From: Bacillota bacterium
GTDB taxonomy: Bacteria; Patescibacteriota; Minisyncoccia; Phycocordibacterales; Phycocordibacteraceae
Reading direction: 5' to 3'
DNA: 64,000 bases
Assembly: GCA_050260455.1 (NCBI GenBank)
Contig: JBLNCF010000015.1
Coordinates: 12,269 to 76,268 of the forward strand
The position numbers and the translations under genes were made by a program. A model generated the notes under the pieces. It made no database searches. It was given only the letters and a program-made list of their open reading frames with translations, and was not told where the DNA came from. Below, one piece after another: positions 1-8,955 of this stretch (position 1 is its first letter; the number at the start of each line of letters is the position of its first letter).

Positions 1-646
1 TTTCATACTTACGCCCATCATCGGTAACGGCACCACCCACAATCGTTAGCCGCGCATCAATGCCGCTTCTGACAAGCATGTCGAGGGTATCGATAACCAC
101 ATGAACGCGTTTGATGCGGGAGAGCCGTCCGATCGTAAGGAGTGCAAGCGGTGGATAGGATGGTGGAGGAACTTGCGGGAATGGAATGATGCCGTGACCG
201 ACCACATGCTTCTTGCGGGTAGCGATACGCATACTTTGTGGGGATGCAGTGCACACAGCGTTCGCCCACCACACACCAAGGTAGAGACGCCACGTCACTG
301 CCTTATGCATGTACCACAGCACACTCCGCTTCCCCAGCATTCTCCAGAGTGGCCCGGCAAGCACCAGGTACTCCGGATTCATATGGACGAATACTGTGTC
401 GTAAGAATCGCGCAGGCGCCACACCAGCTTCAGGAACGCCCAGCCATATGACACAGAGCTCCGTGCACCGTGTTCTTTGCCAAGCGAATATACCTGTACA
501 TTCTCCGGGAGATCATGCTCTCCTTCATACAGACAAATAACGGTGAGCGATTCGACGTGTTGAGCAAATTCAATCAGCCAACGATGGAAAAATCCCAGTA
601 CTGGATCCCCTGAATCGACGGCCTGTGTGACGATAAGCAGCTTCAT
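1..646 (-). CDS. Family-4 (GT-B) glycosyltransferase, partial: only the N-terminal part is in the window. The C-terminus lies upstream of position 1.
   Basis: The minus-strand frame is open from the window edge to an ATG at 646..644. Translation begins MKLLIVTQAVDSGDPVLGFFHRWLIEF..., a typical family-4 N-terminal Rossmann domain. The ATG overlaps the TGA stop of the next gene by 4 nt (ATGA). It is absent from the ORF track because it has no in-window stop. Confidence 0.6.
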   Translation of the reverse strand, partial: MKLLIVTQAVDSGDPVLGFFHRWLIEFAQHVESLTVICLYEGEHDLPENVQVYSLGKEHGARSSVSYGWAFLKLVWRLRDSYDTVFVHMNPEYLVLAGPLWRMLGKRSVLWYMHKAVTWRLYLGVWWANAVCTASPQSMRIATRKKHVVGHGIIPFPQVPPPSYPPLALLTIGRLSRIKRVHVVIDTLDMLVRSGIDARLTIVGGAVTDDGRKYE

Positions 647-1512
647 GGCTCTAGACTGTCGCCGTATACCTGTTGCACCAACTCCACATCCTTTCCCGAA
701 GCTACTAGCAATGCGTTGTTCTTGCGTACCACCGTTTTCAAAAGCTCGCTCCCTTCCATATCGCCAACATGATCTGCGTACAACTGACGGAACGCTTCGA
801 GATCTTTAATGAAGCAGTGTCCCCCAGCACCACGGCCCGGGTTCGAAGTGTGACCGGAGGCTTGTACCGGCGATAAATGGGAAGGGCCGATGCGGGAATC
901 CGCACCCATACCCTCCTTCACTTCCTCGTACGGAACGTTAAGAGATGCCGCTAGATCGTAAAGTAGATTGGCATATACCACTTTAAGTGCCAGAAAAACG
1001 TTCCCTCCATATTTAATGAGTTCTGCAGCGCGTGCACTCATTACCGCTCGATATGGAGACTCGGGCAATACCGCAAGAACGCGTGCGGCTGCAGCGTGGT
1101 AGTGTTCAGTATCTTCAGGAATACCGATGATGGTGCGCTCCGGATGCGCAGCGTCATGCGCCGCATGTGCCTCACGAAGGAATTCAGGACTATGAAGAAT
1201 GATGCGGTCTGGAAATTGGCGCTGCAGCGCTTCGGTAGTGCCGGGTACGATAGTAGATTTTATGACCGCGATCTTCCCCTCCCCAACGCATGAGAGTACT
1301 GATGTGACGATGGAGACATCGAATCCTTCAGGGGTCGTCGGAGTAGGTACCGCAATAAAGACAATGTCACACTCCCCCACTGCTTCTTTATTAGCAGCAT
1401 ACGGCTCTTCAAGGGCGTACCGAACCACCTCGTACCCTCGACGTTCGAAATCATCGGCATAGTTCTTGCCGATCCAACCCTGGCCAATAAACCCCACTCG
1501 ATCTGTGGTCAT
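643..1512 (-). CDS. UDP-glucose/GDP-mannose dehydrogenase family protein, short form (NAD-binding and central domains only; C-terminal UDP-binding domain absent).
   Basis: N-terminal GFIGQGWIG Rossmann motif. Catalytic-cysteine motif GGHCFIKD matches the GGxCFxKD of UDP-glucose 6-dehydrogenases. The protein is 289 aa versus about 400 to 450 for full-length enzymes and ends about 45 aa after the cysteine. Confidence 0.65.
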   Translation of the reverse strand: MTTDRVGFIGQGWIGKNYADDFERRGYEVVRYALEEPYAANKEAVGECDIVFIAVPTPTTPEGFDVSIVTSVLSCVGEGKIAVIKSTIVPGTTEALQRQFPDRIILHSPEFLREAHAAHDAAHPERTIIGIPEDTEHYHAAAARVLAVLPESPYRAVMSARAAELIKYGGNVFLALKVVYANLLYDLAASLNVPYEEVKEGMGADSRIGPSHLSPVQASGHTSNPGRGAGGHCFIKDLEAFRQLYADHVGDMEGSELLKTVVRKNNALLVASGKDVELVQQVYGDSLEP

Positions 1513-1518
1513 GAATCG

Positions 1519-2658
1519 TTATCCGTTAGAACCAGGCATGACCCGGGCAAGGTCGCGAGCTATAAGAGCCGGGAGGTCGGCAAATTGAGCAAGATGAGAC
1601 AGGGCCTTCTGTTCAGCACTTCGCACCATAACCTCGCGTGCTGAAGAGTCTTCAAGAAGTGCAACGATATTGACCGCCAGCTGCGCAGGATCGCCTGGTG
1701 GTGCTGCAAGCACATCCTCATATCCTTTAAATACCTCACCGACAATACCCACATCAGTGGTGATTATAGGGACGCGTGCGAGTGCAGCCTCGACCAAAGT
1801 ACGTCCATATCCTTCATATGCGCTTGCCTGGATATAGCCTTGAGCGCTTCGCATTAGACCCCATGCATCTGAACGTGAACCTGCAAATACGACACGATCC
1901 GTAAGCCCATACTGCTTCACTAATTTCTTAAGCGCAGCTTCTTCACTGCCGCCCCCAACGATAACAAGGCCGACTGCGGGGAATCGTTCGCGAAGCCGCG
2001 CGAGAGCATCAAGGATATCTTCGATGCGCTTTTCAGGTTCCAGTCTGCTCACGGTAATGAGTGCGAACGGAAACGAATGATCAGGAAGAGGCACCGCTAC
2101 CGGGACCTCTGTGCCTACCGCAATAGGAACGACTGTTGGTTCGGGTATCCGCGAGCCATACCGAGACAAGAGCGATTGCTTCACGCGTTCAGATACCACC
2201 CGTATACCATCTGCTTTGGGAAGAATCTTATCTGCCAGAGCTTGCCGTGCGCGGTTTTTCACCGGCACAGGAAGCTGTGGTGAACGAGCAATACCTCCAC
2301 GGACAAACCAGGGCGATAGAAAATCTGTGTGCACCTGGATGTGGAGTTTGGCGGATGTCCCCGCAACTGCCTTAAGCGCTATCAGTCCATGCTCAAACGG
2401 ATCCTGCGCAGATACCACCTCAATACCCTCGCTCGCAATGAGTTCACGTGCTCGTGCAGATACCGTTCCGCCCCCCAAAAGTTTGCCTGCGCGGATACCG
2501 TGCACACACAATGGCCCGTCCTGCCGATCGATGCGTTCCTTCGCACGCATGAGAATGTGGAGTGTGCCGATAGCCTCTGCGTACGAACGCATGCGCACAT
2601 AGGTAGGACTTGAGACATCGAAGATGGAGGGGTCCGCTGAAATGAAGAGGACTTTCAT
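1519..2658 (-). CDS. Family-4 glycosyltransferase.
   Basis: 379 aa. C-terminal EGYGRTLVEAALARVPIITTDVG matches the family-4 E-x7-E sugar-donor motif. The start MKVLFISADPS is typical. Confidence 0.8.
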   Translation of the reverse strand: MKVLFISADPSIFDVSSPTYVRMRSYAEAIGTLHILMRAKERIDRQDGPLCVHGIRAGKLLGGGTVSARARELIASEGIEVVSAQDPFEHGLIALKAVAGTSAKLHIQVHTDFLSPWFVRGGIARSPQLPVPVKNRARQALADKILPKADGIRVVSERVKQSLLSRYGSRIPEPTVVPIAVGTEVPVAVPLPDHSFPFALITVSRLEPEKRIEDILDALARLRERFPAVGLVIVGGGSEEAALKKLVKQYGLTDRVVFAGSRSDAWGLMRSAQGYIQASAYEGYGRTLVEAALARVPIITTDVGIVGEVFKGYEDVLAAPPGDPAQLAVNIVALLEDSSAREVMVRSAEQKALSHLAQFADLPALIARDLARVMPGSNG

Positions 2659-3785
2659 ACCACGGAAGAAAGGAATTCGGCTGTACGGTCTAGCATGAGC
2701 GCCGGTTCGTATCGATGCGCCGACTCTCGTGCATGAGCCTCAAGCTGCGCCTTCCCGTTTGGATCGGAAAGAATGGAAATGCAGGCATCGGCGAGCGCCT
2801 CGGGATCTCCCACCGATATGACGAGGCCGTTCTTCCCGTTCTCAATAACCTCGGGATTACCACCAGCCTTTGTGGTGACAATGGCCTTTCCCAGTTCAAG
2901 GGCTTCGAGAAGTATGTGTGAGAGGCCTTCGTATGATGAGTTAAGAACGAATACATCAGCCTCTTTCATCACAGCGAGAGCTTCTGCGTGAGGCAGTGCG
3001 CCAAGAAACGTGAATCCTTCTTTCAATCGAAGTGTTGCATAGCGTTCGAGGGCTTCACGATCCGGTCCATCGCCGATAATGACGAGCTGTGCCCCCGGAA
3101 CCTTTGCTCTGATATGTATCATGGCGGCAATAAGTCCATGCATGCCTTTCCACGGCACCAGACGACCCGAAGAAACGATACGAGGATGCGGAATAGCAGC
3201 AAGCGCCTCCGGCGGCGTACCGGGAACATCGACTGGTTTTGCATTCACGATGACCGTGATGCGATCTTCGGGGATGCCCCACCGTGCAACGATACGCTTC
3301 AGATATTCGGACGGCACGATAATAGCAGTGGCACGCGACGCCACAAATTTCTGTACGAGTCGTAAGCCGAGGACCGGAAGCGGCACATCCGGCGTACGCA
3401 CAAACTCATCGAGTGGAAGCCAGATGTTGAAGCGTTGACGCCCTTGTTCCCAGGCGTAATCGCCCACGATCTTTACCACAAACTTCTTGCGGCGCAGAAG
3501 CGCTGCACACAGAGCAGGTAGACCGACTGAAACGGGATCAAGCGCAAGAACGGCATCCACATCTTTAGCTGCTTGGAATACCCTCCAGAAATACATGACA
3601 TGCCGCACAAATTTAGGTTTGTGACGAACGTCAGAGAATTTTATTACCGCGACCTCAATGTCACGGGACGGCAGCCCTTCCTCGAGGACCTTCGCGTACG
3701 TGCTCGGACCTCCCGGTTCCGGCGGGTATAGGGGCGTGGCTATGACGAGCCGCATGAAGGCCATTGTACCCTGCTCGAAAGCCAT
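2655..3785 (-). CDS. Family-4 glycosyltransferase. The start is ambiguous: Met1, Met8 or Met11 (internal MRLVIATPLYPPEPGG).
   Basis: 376 aa. SSYEGLSHILLEALELGKAIVTTKAGGNPEVIENGKNGLV motif. Its stop overlaps the start of the next family-4 gene by 4 nt. Confidence 0.8.
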   Translation of the reverse strand: MAFEQGTMAFMRLVIATPLYPPEPGGPSTYAKVLEEGLPSRDIEVAVIKFSDVRHKPKFVRHVMYFWRVFQAAKDVDAVLALDPVSVGLPALCAALLRRKKFVVKIVGDYAWEQGRQRFNIWLPLDEFVRTPDVPLPVLGLRLVQKFVASRATAIIVPSEYLKRIVARWGIPEDRITVIVNAKPVDVPGTPPEALAAIPHPRIVSSGRLVPWKGMHGLIAAMIHIRAKVPGAQLVIIGDGPDREALERYATLRLKEGFTFLGALPHAEALAVMKEADVFVLNSSYEGLSHILLEALELGKAIVTTKAGGNPEVIENGKNGLVISVGDPEALADACISILSDPNGKAQLEAHARESAHRYEPALMLDRTAEFLSSVV

Positions 3786-3800
3786 GCAAAGCTACCCTGT

Positions 3801-5006
3801 TTATGACCCCAGAAGGCGTCCCAAGAGGTCCCGCATATCCCTGGCAACCATGTCCCAGTCGTACTTTGAGATAGCCAGGTCATGGGCCGTCGTTATGACC
3901 CTTCCTACCTTCTCTGGGTTTGCAAGAATCTCGCGTACCGCTTCGGCAATCTGTGCCGGCGCATCTTTATCGACTACCCACCCCGTAGTCGGCCGATCAG
4001 GATTCCGTTTCTCGTCGAAAAGGAAATCCGCAATCCCGCCTTCTTGGGTTGCGATAACCGGGAGATTTGCAGCCATCGCTTCGACGAATGAATTGCCCAT
4101 ACCTTCCGAGCGCGACGGTCGAATGAAGATGTCACACGCCGCAAGCATGAGCGGCATATCATCGTGACTGATCTGACCCATAAAGCGCGTTTGATGCTCA
4201 ACCCCAAGTTCTCTTGCCAAGGATGTGAGTTTCTCTTCGTCCGGTCCAATGCCGTAGATGAGGAACGAGACGTACTTGGGAAGAAGAGGAAGTGCACGGA
4301 TGACATCATCCACTGCGTTCTTATGAACCAGTCGTGACGTAGTCACCAAGAACACCTCTCCATCCTTTTTTCCGAGTTTCTGATACATGCCAGCAATCTC
4401 TTCCGTCGAGAATGAACGAGAGAACTTTGCAGTATCCACTGCGTTCGGGATAACGATACCCTCACCCGCAAATCCCATGCGCTTTCCCCATCTAAGCAAG
4501 AACGTAGAGATCGCTTGGAGTTCATCCGCACGTTTAAATCCTTGCACGAAGAGACCCCAGACTGGCTTCATGAGATGCTCTATATACTCCGGAGGATCCC
4601 CCTCTTGGAGCGTGAGGAGATACTTCACCTCTGGATGACGTTTCTTGAAAATTCCTGCAGGGATAGCGCACGAGTGAGCAATCATTGCCCATATCGCATC
4701 AAAATGATGCTTGCGGTGTAGGCGTTCCGCTTCGAAAACCGCAAGGATCTGGTACAGCTTTTTATTGAGATTGAGCGGGCGCTTCTTGAGATCGGCAATT
4801 CCAGGATGCTTGATGCGCAAGCCAATGCGGTGAACGGTAACATTCCCGATCTTCTCTTCTTTTGGCAGCGTGGAATCGTACCAAGGTGCTATGAGGTGAA
4901 ATTCAATATCGGAGGAAGGGATGCGGTCCGTAATCTCCTTAATGGCTACTTCCGCGCCTCCCACGAACGGATAGTAATTCAAGGAAAAGATGAGGACCTG
5001 TTTCAT
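3801..5006 (-). CDS. Family-4 glycosyltransferase.
   Basis: 401 aa. N-terminal MKQVLIFSLNYYPFVGGAEV and C-terminal SRSEGMGNSFVEAMAANLPVIATQEGGIADFL. The upstream gene overlaps it by 4 nt. Confidence 0.8.
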   Translation of the reverse strand: MKQVLIFSLNYYPFVGGAEVAIKEITDRIPSSDIEFHLIAPWYDSTLPKEEKIGNVTVHRIGLRIKHPGIADLKKRPLNLNKKLYQILAVFEAERLHRKHHFDAIWAMIAHSCAIPAGIFKKRHPEVKYLLTLQEGDPPEYIEHLMKPVWGLFVQGFKRADELQAISTFLLRWGKRMGFAGEGIVIPNAVDTAKFSRSFSTEEIAGMYQKLGKKDGEVFLVTTSRLVHKNAVDDVIRALPLLPKYVSFLIYGIGPDEEKLTSLARELGVEHQTRFMGQISHDDMPLMLAACDIFIRPSRSEGMGNSFVEAMAANLPVIATQEGGIADFLFDEKRNPDRPTTGWVVDKDAPAQIAEAVREILANPEKVGRVITTAHDLAISKYDWDMVARDMRDLLGRLLGS

Positions 5007-6457
5007 ACTCGAGCCTTCTGTTCCCTCATGATGCCTGTGAGCACCGAAGCGTACGCAAAGCGAATTTGGTTTGCGAATGCATCGCCTGCTCCCAACGAAC
5101 GTCGATCTTTCATGCGGCGATCGAGCGATGCGATCTTGCGACCCTGTTCAGGTAGAGAGGCATACACCTGGTCGGCACGGCCAATAATGAGACGAAGGAA
5201 CAATTGTTCGTACCAGGAGAGGCGTTGATCTGCCAGCGTCACAAGAAGCGGAAGCGAAGCGGCGCGGCGCACCGAAAGCGCAGCAAGCGTTCCGTAGCTT
5301 GCCATGACCGACCAGGAAAAAAGATATTCGTGTTCCCGCGCAAGCCGGCGTCCCAGAGCGGCTCCCTGGAATGGGATGAGATATTTATCGAATCGCGTTC
5401 CCTTCCCCACATGGTGCACGGTTGCGTTCCCCACCGGACACTGTGCATGTTTAGCTTCGGGCACATGCATTGCGGTCACGATATCGAAATGGATGTCGGG
5501 CATCTTCTCCATGAGCCGACAGAGCGCGCGTTCCGCATCTCCCATGATCGGATGGAACGTGGTCGTGAATACCAGGACTCGATTATCGCGAGCAGGCTTC
5601 GGCGTCGCCGCTGCCTTAAACGTGGCGATGTATTCCTCAAGTGACCGACTTGCTTTCCAACCGAGCGCTTGTGCTTTGGTCGTATCGAGTCCAGAACTCA
5701 AACGATTACCAGCGCGGGCGGGAAGCATGACGATATCGTCCGAGAACAGGTGAGCAACCTCGAGCATGGTGTACGCACGTTCATTACCGAGCCCGTACTC
5801 ATCGCCCTCTCCCTTCTCTCCTACCAGGATGAGGCCATCAACGATGTCATCTACGTGCGTGAAATTACGGCTCTGGGTGCCCGGCGTGGTGACGGTAATA
5901 GGTCGTCCCGAAAGATAGTTCTGCTTGAAGATCTCAATGACCGTACCGTAAGCGCCCGCGCGTTCGCCGGGACCGTACACGTTATAGAAATAGGTTATTG
6001 CGTATGGCACGCCAAACCACGCGCCATAGTTCTTCACCAGTTCGGTATTCGCAGCCTTCGCCCACGCATACGGACTCTGGTCTTTACCGATACCTCCATC
6101 TCCAAACTTCGTCGATGAACCAGCATAGACGATCTTGCATCCGCGGCGACGCACAAACTCAAGCACTGCAAAGGTACCCGTCTTGTTGAGATCCCACAGC
6201 GGTTCGATATCCTCGAAGCTCTTCTCCACACGAGAATATTCCCCCAGGTGGTAGACCAGATCCGGGCTCTCGGGGATGAGCTGCTCGATATCCTTGGTAT
6301 GTCCTTCCCGATACTCAACGCCTGGCACATGACTCTCCCGAGTTCCTGCAAAATAGTTATCAAGCGATATCACCCGGTGTCCGTCTGCCACAAGACGACG
6401 GCATAGATTGGAGCCGACGAATCCGGCACCGCCAGTAACGAGGATAAGTTTGGACAT
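5003..6457 (-). CDS. Fusion protein. N-terminal NAD-dependent sugar-nucleotide epimerase/dehydratase (UDP-glucuronate-decarboxylase/GalE-like); C-terminal domain resembling only the N-terminal half of a family-4 glycosyltransferase.
   Basis: The ORF track extends to 6556, but the conserved start is MSKLILVTGGAGFVGSNL (GxxGxxG) at Met34. YAWAK fits the catalytic YxxxK. The C-terminal roughly 190 aa (RVLVFTTTFHPIMGDAERA..., VGNATVHHVG) align with the N-terminal half of the adjacent gene 3801..5006 (VLIFSLNYYPFVGGAEVA..., IGNVTVHRIG). No EX7E catalytic half is present. Confidence 0.65.
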   Translation of the reverse strand: MSKLILVTGGAGFVGSNLCRRLVADGHRVISLDNYFAGTRESHVPGVEYREGHTKDIEQLIPESPDLVYHLGEYSRVEKSFEDIEPLWDLNKTGTFAVLEFVRRRGCKIVYAGSSTKFGDGGIGKDQSPYAWAKAANTELVKNYGAWFGVPYAITYFYNVYGPGERAGAYGTVIEIFKQNYLSGRPITVTTPGTQSRNFTHVDDIVDGLILVGEKGEGDEYGLGNERAYTMLEVAHLFSDDIVMLPARAGNRLSSGLDTTKAQALGWKASRSLEEYIATFKAAATPKPARDNRVLVFTTTFHPIMGDAERALCRLMEKMPDIHFDIVTAMHVPEAKHAQCPVGNATVHHVGKGTRFDKYLIPFQGAALGRRLAREHEYLFSWSVMASYGTLAALSVRRAASLPLLVTLADQRLSWYEQLFLRLIIGRADQVYASLPEQGRKIASLDRRMKDRRSLGAGDAFANQIRFAYASVLTGIMREQKARV

Positions 6458-6640
6458 GGATAGAGTAACGATACGGGACGGTACCCAAGGACGCAATCCG
6501 TGAGGTTCGGGCAAATGCCCCGCCTCCTCAAGGGCCGCTTGAGGAGGCGGGGCCATTATGCCATCGCCATATGTCTACTGCATTACGCTGATATCTTCAG
6601 GCTCACCTCTTAATACGCTTCCTGAAGGAGAAAAGTTACA

Positions 6641-8377
6641 TCAGAGGTCCCGCTTGAATATCTCGCGCAGCACATCCTCGGGTACTTCGAAAACAGAGGG
6701 ATTGTCCGGACTTGAGCCCGCCGACTTTGCCGGTCGTGCAGATTCTTCCTTCGGTCTTTCTTCGCGAGACGTGTGAGTGCGCTCGGGAACCATATGCGAT
6801 TTGGTGGGCGGTGCAGCAGGTGCTTTGCCAATGACGTCAGCAAGCGCACTCTTGAGATTACCCTGCTTGTGCTCGGTCTTCTTTTCCTTTGCCTTGTCCT
6901 GCTGTGCCATCGTAGCGCGCAGGATGTCTTTCAACTCCGCAGCTGACTTTTGGGGTGGAGCTTCCCGATGCGGATGAGTCTCGCGAGGACGCTCTTCGTA
7001 TGAACGACCATTGCGTTCACGGGGTGCGCCATTCTCTCTGCGCGGGCCCGTGGTCTTCTTGGGCGGCGGCTCGGGAACCGGCTCGTGCGTGAACGCGAGC
7101 TCGTCATAAATCTTCTTCTCCACCGAACCACGCTCGGCACCGAATTGTGCGCGTGAGGCATCAATGACCTCCTGGCGGTAGGTGCGTGCAGGCGGCTCAA
7201 TAGGAGGTATCGTCACCGCCGAGAATGGTCGAGATCCGATACCATCGATCATGAGGGTGAGATAGACCTGTGCGAATCCGAGGTTCACCAGGTCTTCTTT
7301 GGTGAATTCCGGCATAAACACCGTCTCAAGCACTTCCGCGTCGAACGGTCCCACGCGGAAGGTGACTGTAGTACCGACGTTTCCGAACACTGCCGCGCGC
7401 ACCTCTTCCTCCATCTGCTCAATGTACTGATGCGCAATGATGAGATTGAGATGGTACTTACGAGCCTCCGACAGAATCTCGGCGAATGTCTCGTTCGCAA
7501 AGTTCTGGAATTCGTCCACATAGAAGTAGAAGTTCGGGGATTGCTTGAGCTCATGCGCAGGCAAATCGGCGCGACTCATCGCTCCGAGGAAGATACGCGT
7601 CGTGAGCATGGAGCCCAGAAGCTTCATGTTCACATCTCCCACGAGACCTTTCGACAGATTGATAAGAAGGATCTTTCTCTGATCCATGAGCTGTCGGATA
7701 TCAAACGAAGATTCTGGCTGACCAATGATGTTACGGATGAGCGGGTTGCTGGTGAACTGGCCGATCTTGTTTTGAATTGCCGGCGTCGCCTCTTGGGTGT
7801 AGCGATCGGTGTACGTATTAAATTCCTTAATCCAGAAATCCTTCACGACCGGATCCTTCACATTGTCGATAACAGCCTTGCGATACGCCTTGTCGGTGTA
7901 CATGCGATTCACACCGAGCAATGTTGCGCCTGGATATTCGAGAAGAGCCAGAAGCGTGTTTGAGAGGATGTACTCCATGCGAGCCGACCAGGCGTCCACC
8001 CAGATCTTCTTGAAGGTAGCCATGAGGCCCGATACCACGAGATGACGCTTGTCATAGCCCACATCCTCCATGACGTTGAAGGCGATGGGTCGGTCGAGAT
8101 CGAACGGTGCAAAGTACACCACATCGTTTACTCGATTGGCAGGAATGTAATTGAGGAGGGTCTCGACAGCGCTGCCGTGCGGATCAATGAAGCACATCCC
8201 TTCCCCATTGCGGATGTCCTGGATGGCCATGTTCTCGAGCAGTGTGGACTTACCCATGCCGGTCTTACCGATCACGTACATGTGACGTTCACGGTCTCGT
8301 GCCTTGATGCCGAACGGCTGTTTCTTTCCTCGAGCGTCCGTCGCAGCGAAGTATGTTACGCGGTCGGGATTATACAT
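6641..8377 (-). CDS. Type-IV-secretion coupling-protein-like ATPase (VirD4/TraD/TraG/TrwB family), soluble with no N-terminal membrane anchor, plus a roughly 170-aa low-complexity C-terminal tail.
   Basis: 578 aa. Walker A YVIGKTGMGKST; FIDPHG motif; Walker B FYFYVDEFQNF; LIIAHQYIEQM glutamine motif as in coupling proteins. The tail is rich in P, E, K and R (PEPPPKKTTGPRRENGAPRERNGRSYEERPRE...). Confidence 0.5.
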   Translation of the reverse strand: MYNPDRVTYFAATDARGKKQPFGIKARDRERHMYVIGKTGMGKSTLLENMAIQDIRNGEGMCFIDPHGSAVETLLNYIPANRVNDVVYFAPFDLDRPIAFNVMEDVGYDKRHLVVSGLMATFKKIWVDAWSARMEYILSNTLLALLEYPGATLLGVNRMYTDKAYRKAVIDNVKDPVVKDFWIKEFNTYTDRYTQEATPAIQNKIGQFTSNPLIRNIIGQPESSFDIRQLMDQRKILLINLSKGLVGDVNMKLLGSMLTTRIFLGAMSRADLPAHELKQSPNFYFYVDEFQNFANETFAEILSEARKYHLNLIIAHQYIEQMEEEVRAAVFGNVGTTVTFRVGPFDAEVLETVFMPEFTKEDLVNLGFAQVYLTLMIDGIGSRPFSAVTIPPIEPPARTYRQEVIDASRAQFGAERGSVEKKIYDELAFTHEPVPEPPPKKTTGPRRENGAPRERNGRSYEERPRETHPHREAPPQKSAAELKDILRATMAQQDKAKEKKTEHKQGNLKSALADVIGKAPAAPPTKSHMVPERTHTSREERPKEESARPAKSAGSSPDNPSVFEVPEDVLREIFKRDL

Positions 8378-8439
8378 AAGTAACAGTATACCCGTACGGT
8401 GGCCGTACGGGTATAAAGTTCTTGAGCAGCGCCGCCATC

Positions 8440-8679
8440 TTACACTCGATGCTGAACCATTCCGGTTCTTTCGTCTCGAATCCCTTCGGCGATCTCGCCG
8501 CGCAGGACTCCTAGACGCTCGTACGCCAGGTAAGCCGCATCTAACCCCGGATCTGCTGTTCGTTCTTCTGGCGAAGGATTACCTTGCGCCTTTTCACGAA
8601 GATCGGGCCGATGTCGGCAGATAACGTCGATGCGCTCCTCCACCTCGCGTGGAGTGTACAGTTGGGCGATGTCTTTCAT
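8440..8679 (-). CDS. Small hypothetical protein, 79 aa.
   Basis: Complete ORF. A GGGAGG Shine-Dalgarno-like motif lies 6 to 11 nt upstream of the ATG. It sits 61 nt upstream of the coupling-protein-like ATPase on the same strand. No recognisable domain. Confidence 0.3.
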   Translation of the reverse strand: MKDIAQLYTPREVEERIDVICRHRPDLREKAQGNPSPEERTADPGLDAAYLAYERLGVLRGEIAEGIRDERTGMVQHRV

Positions 8680-8723
8680 CTGCGCCTCCCTTTCCTGACG
8701 GCACTATATGCCGTTGAAGCGTA

Positions 8724-8912
8724 TTATGCCACCCCTTCCACAATCCTCGACTCTGGTAGCAATTCTTTTGAAGCTCGATAGCTGTACCCCACCCCAGCAA
8801 CGATGAGACCGAAGACGGGGAGAACAAACTCAAGCCAGGAAATAGGAAGTCCCGAAAACGGTGCGAGGAGAGTAAGAATTCCGATAAGGATGAGAATGTG
8901 GGACCGAGTCAT
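8724..8912 (-). CDS. Small membrane protein of about 62 aa with two predicted transmembrane helices, starting at internal Met38 of the 99-aa ORF.
   Basis: MTRSHILILIGILTLLAPFSGLPISWLEFVLPVFGLIVAGVGYSYRA. The longer ORF would overlap the rsmI 3' end. Confidence 0.3.
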   Translation of the reverse strand: MTRSHILILIGILTLLAPFSGLPISWLEFVLPVFGLIVAGVGYSYRASKELLPESRIVEGVA

Positions 8913-8955
8913 ACCTATATGGTACGGCAAAGGTATGTACCTGCCGTGTGGAAAA

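Noticed and set aside
5003-6556. Full 517-aa ORF including a 33-aa N-terminal extension (MAPPPQAALEEAGHLPEPHG...).
   Set aside because: The conserved Rossmann N-terminus starts at Met34 (MSKLILVTGGAGFVGSNL). The extension is Pro/Ala-rich and reaches into the intergenic region, so I truncated the call to 6457.
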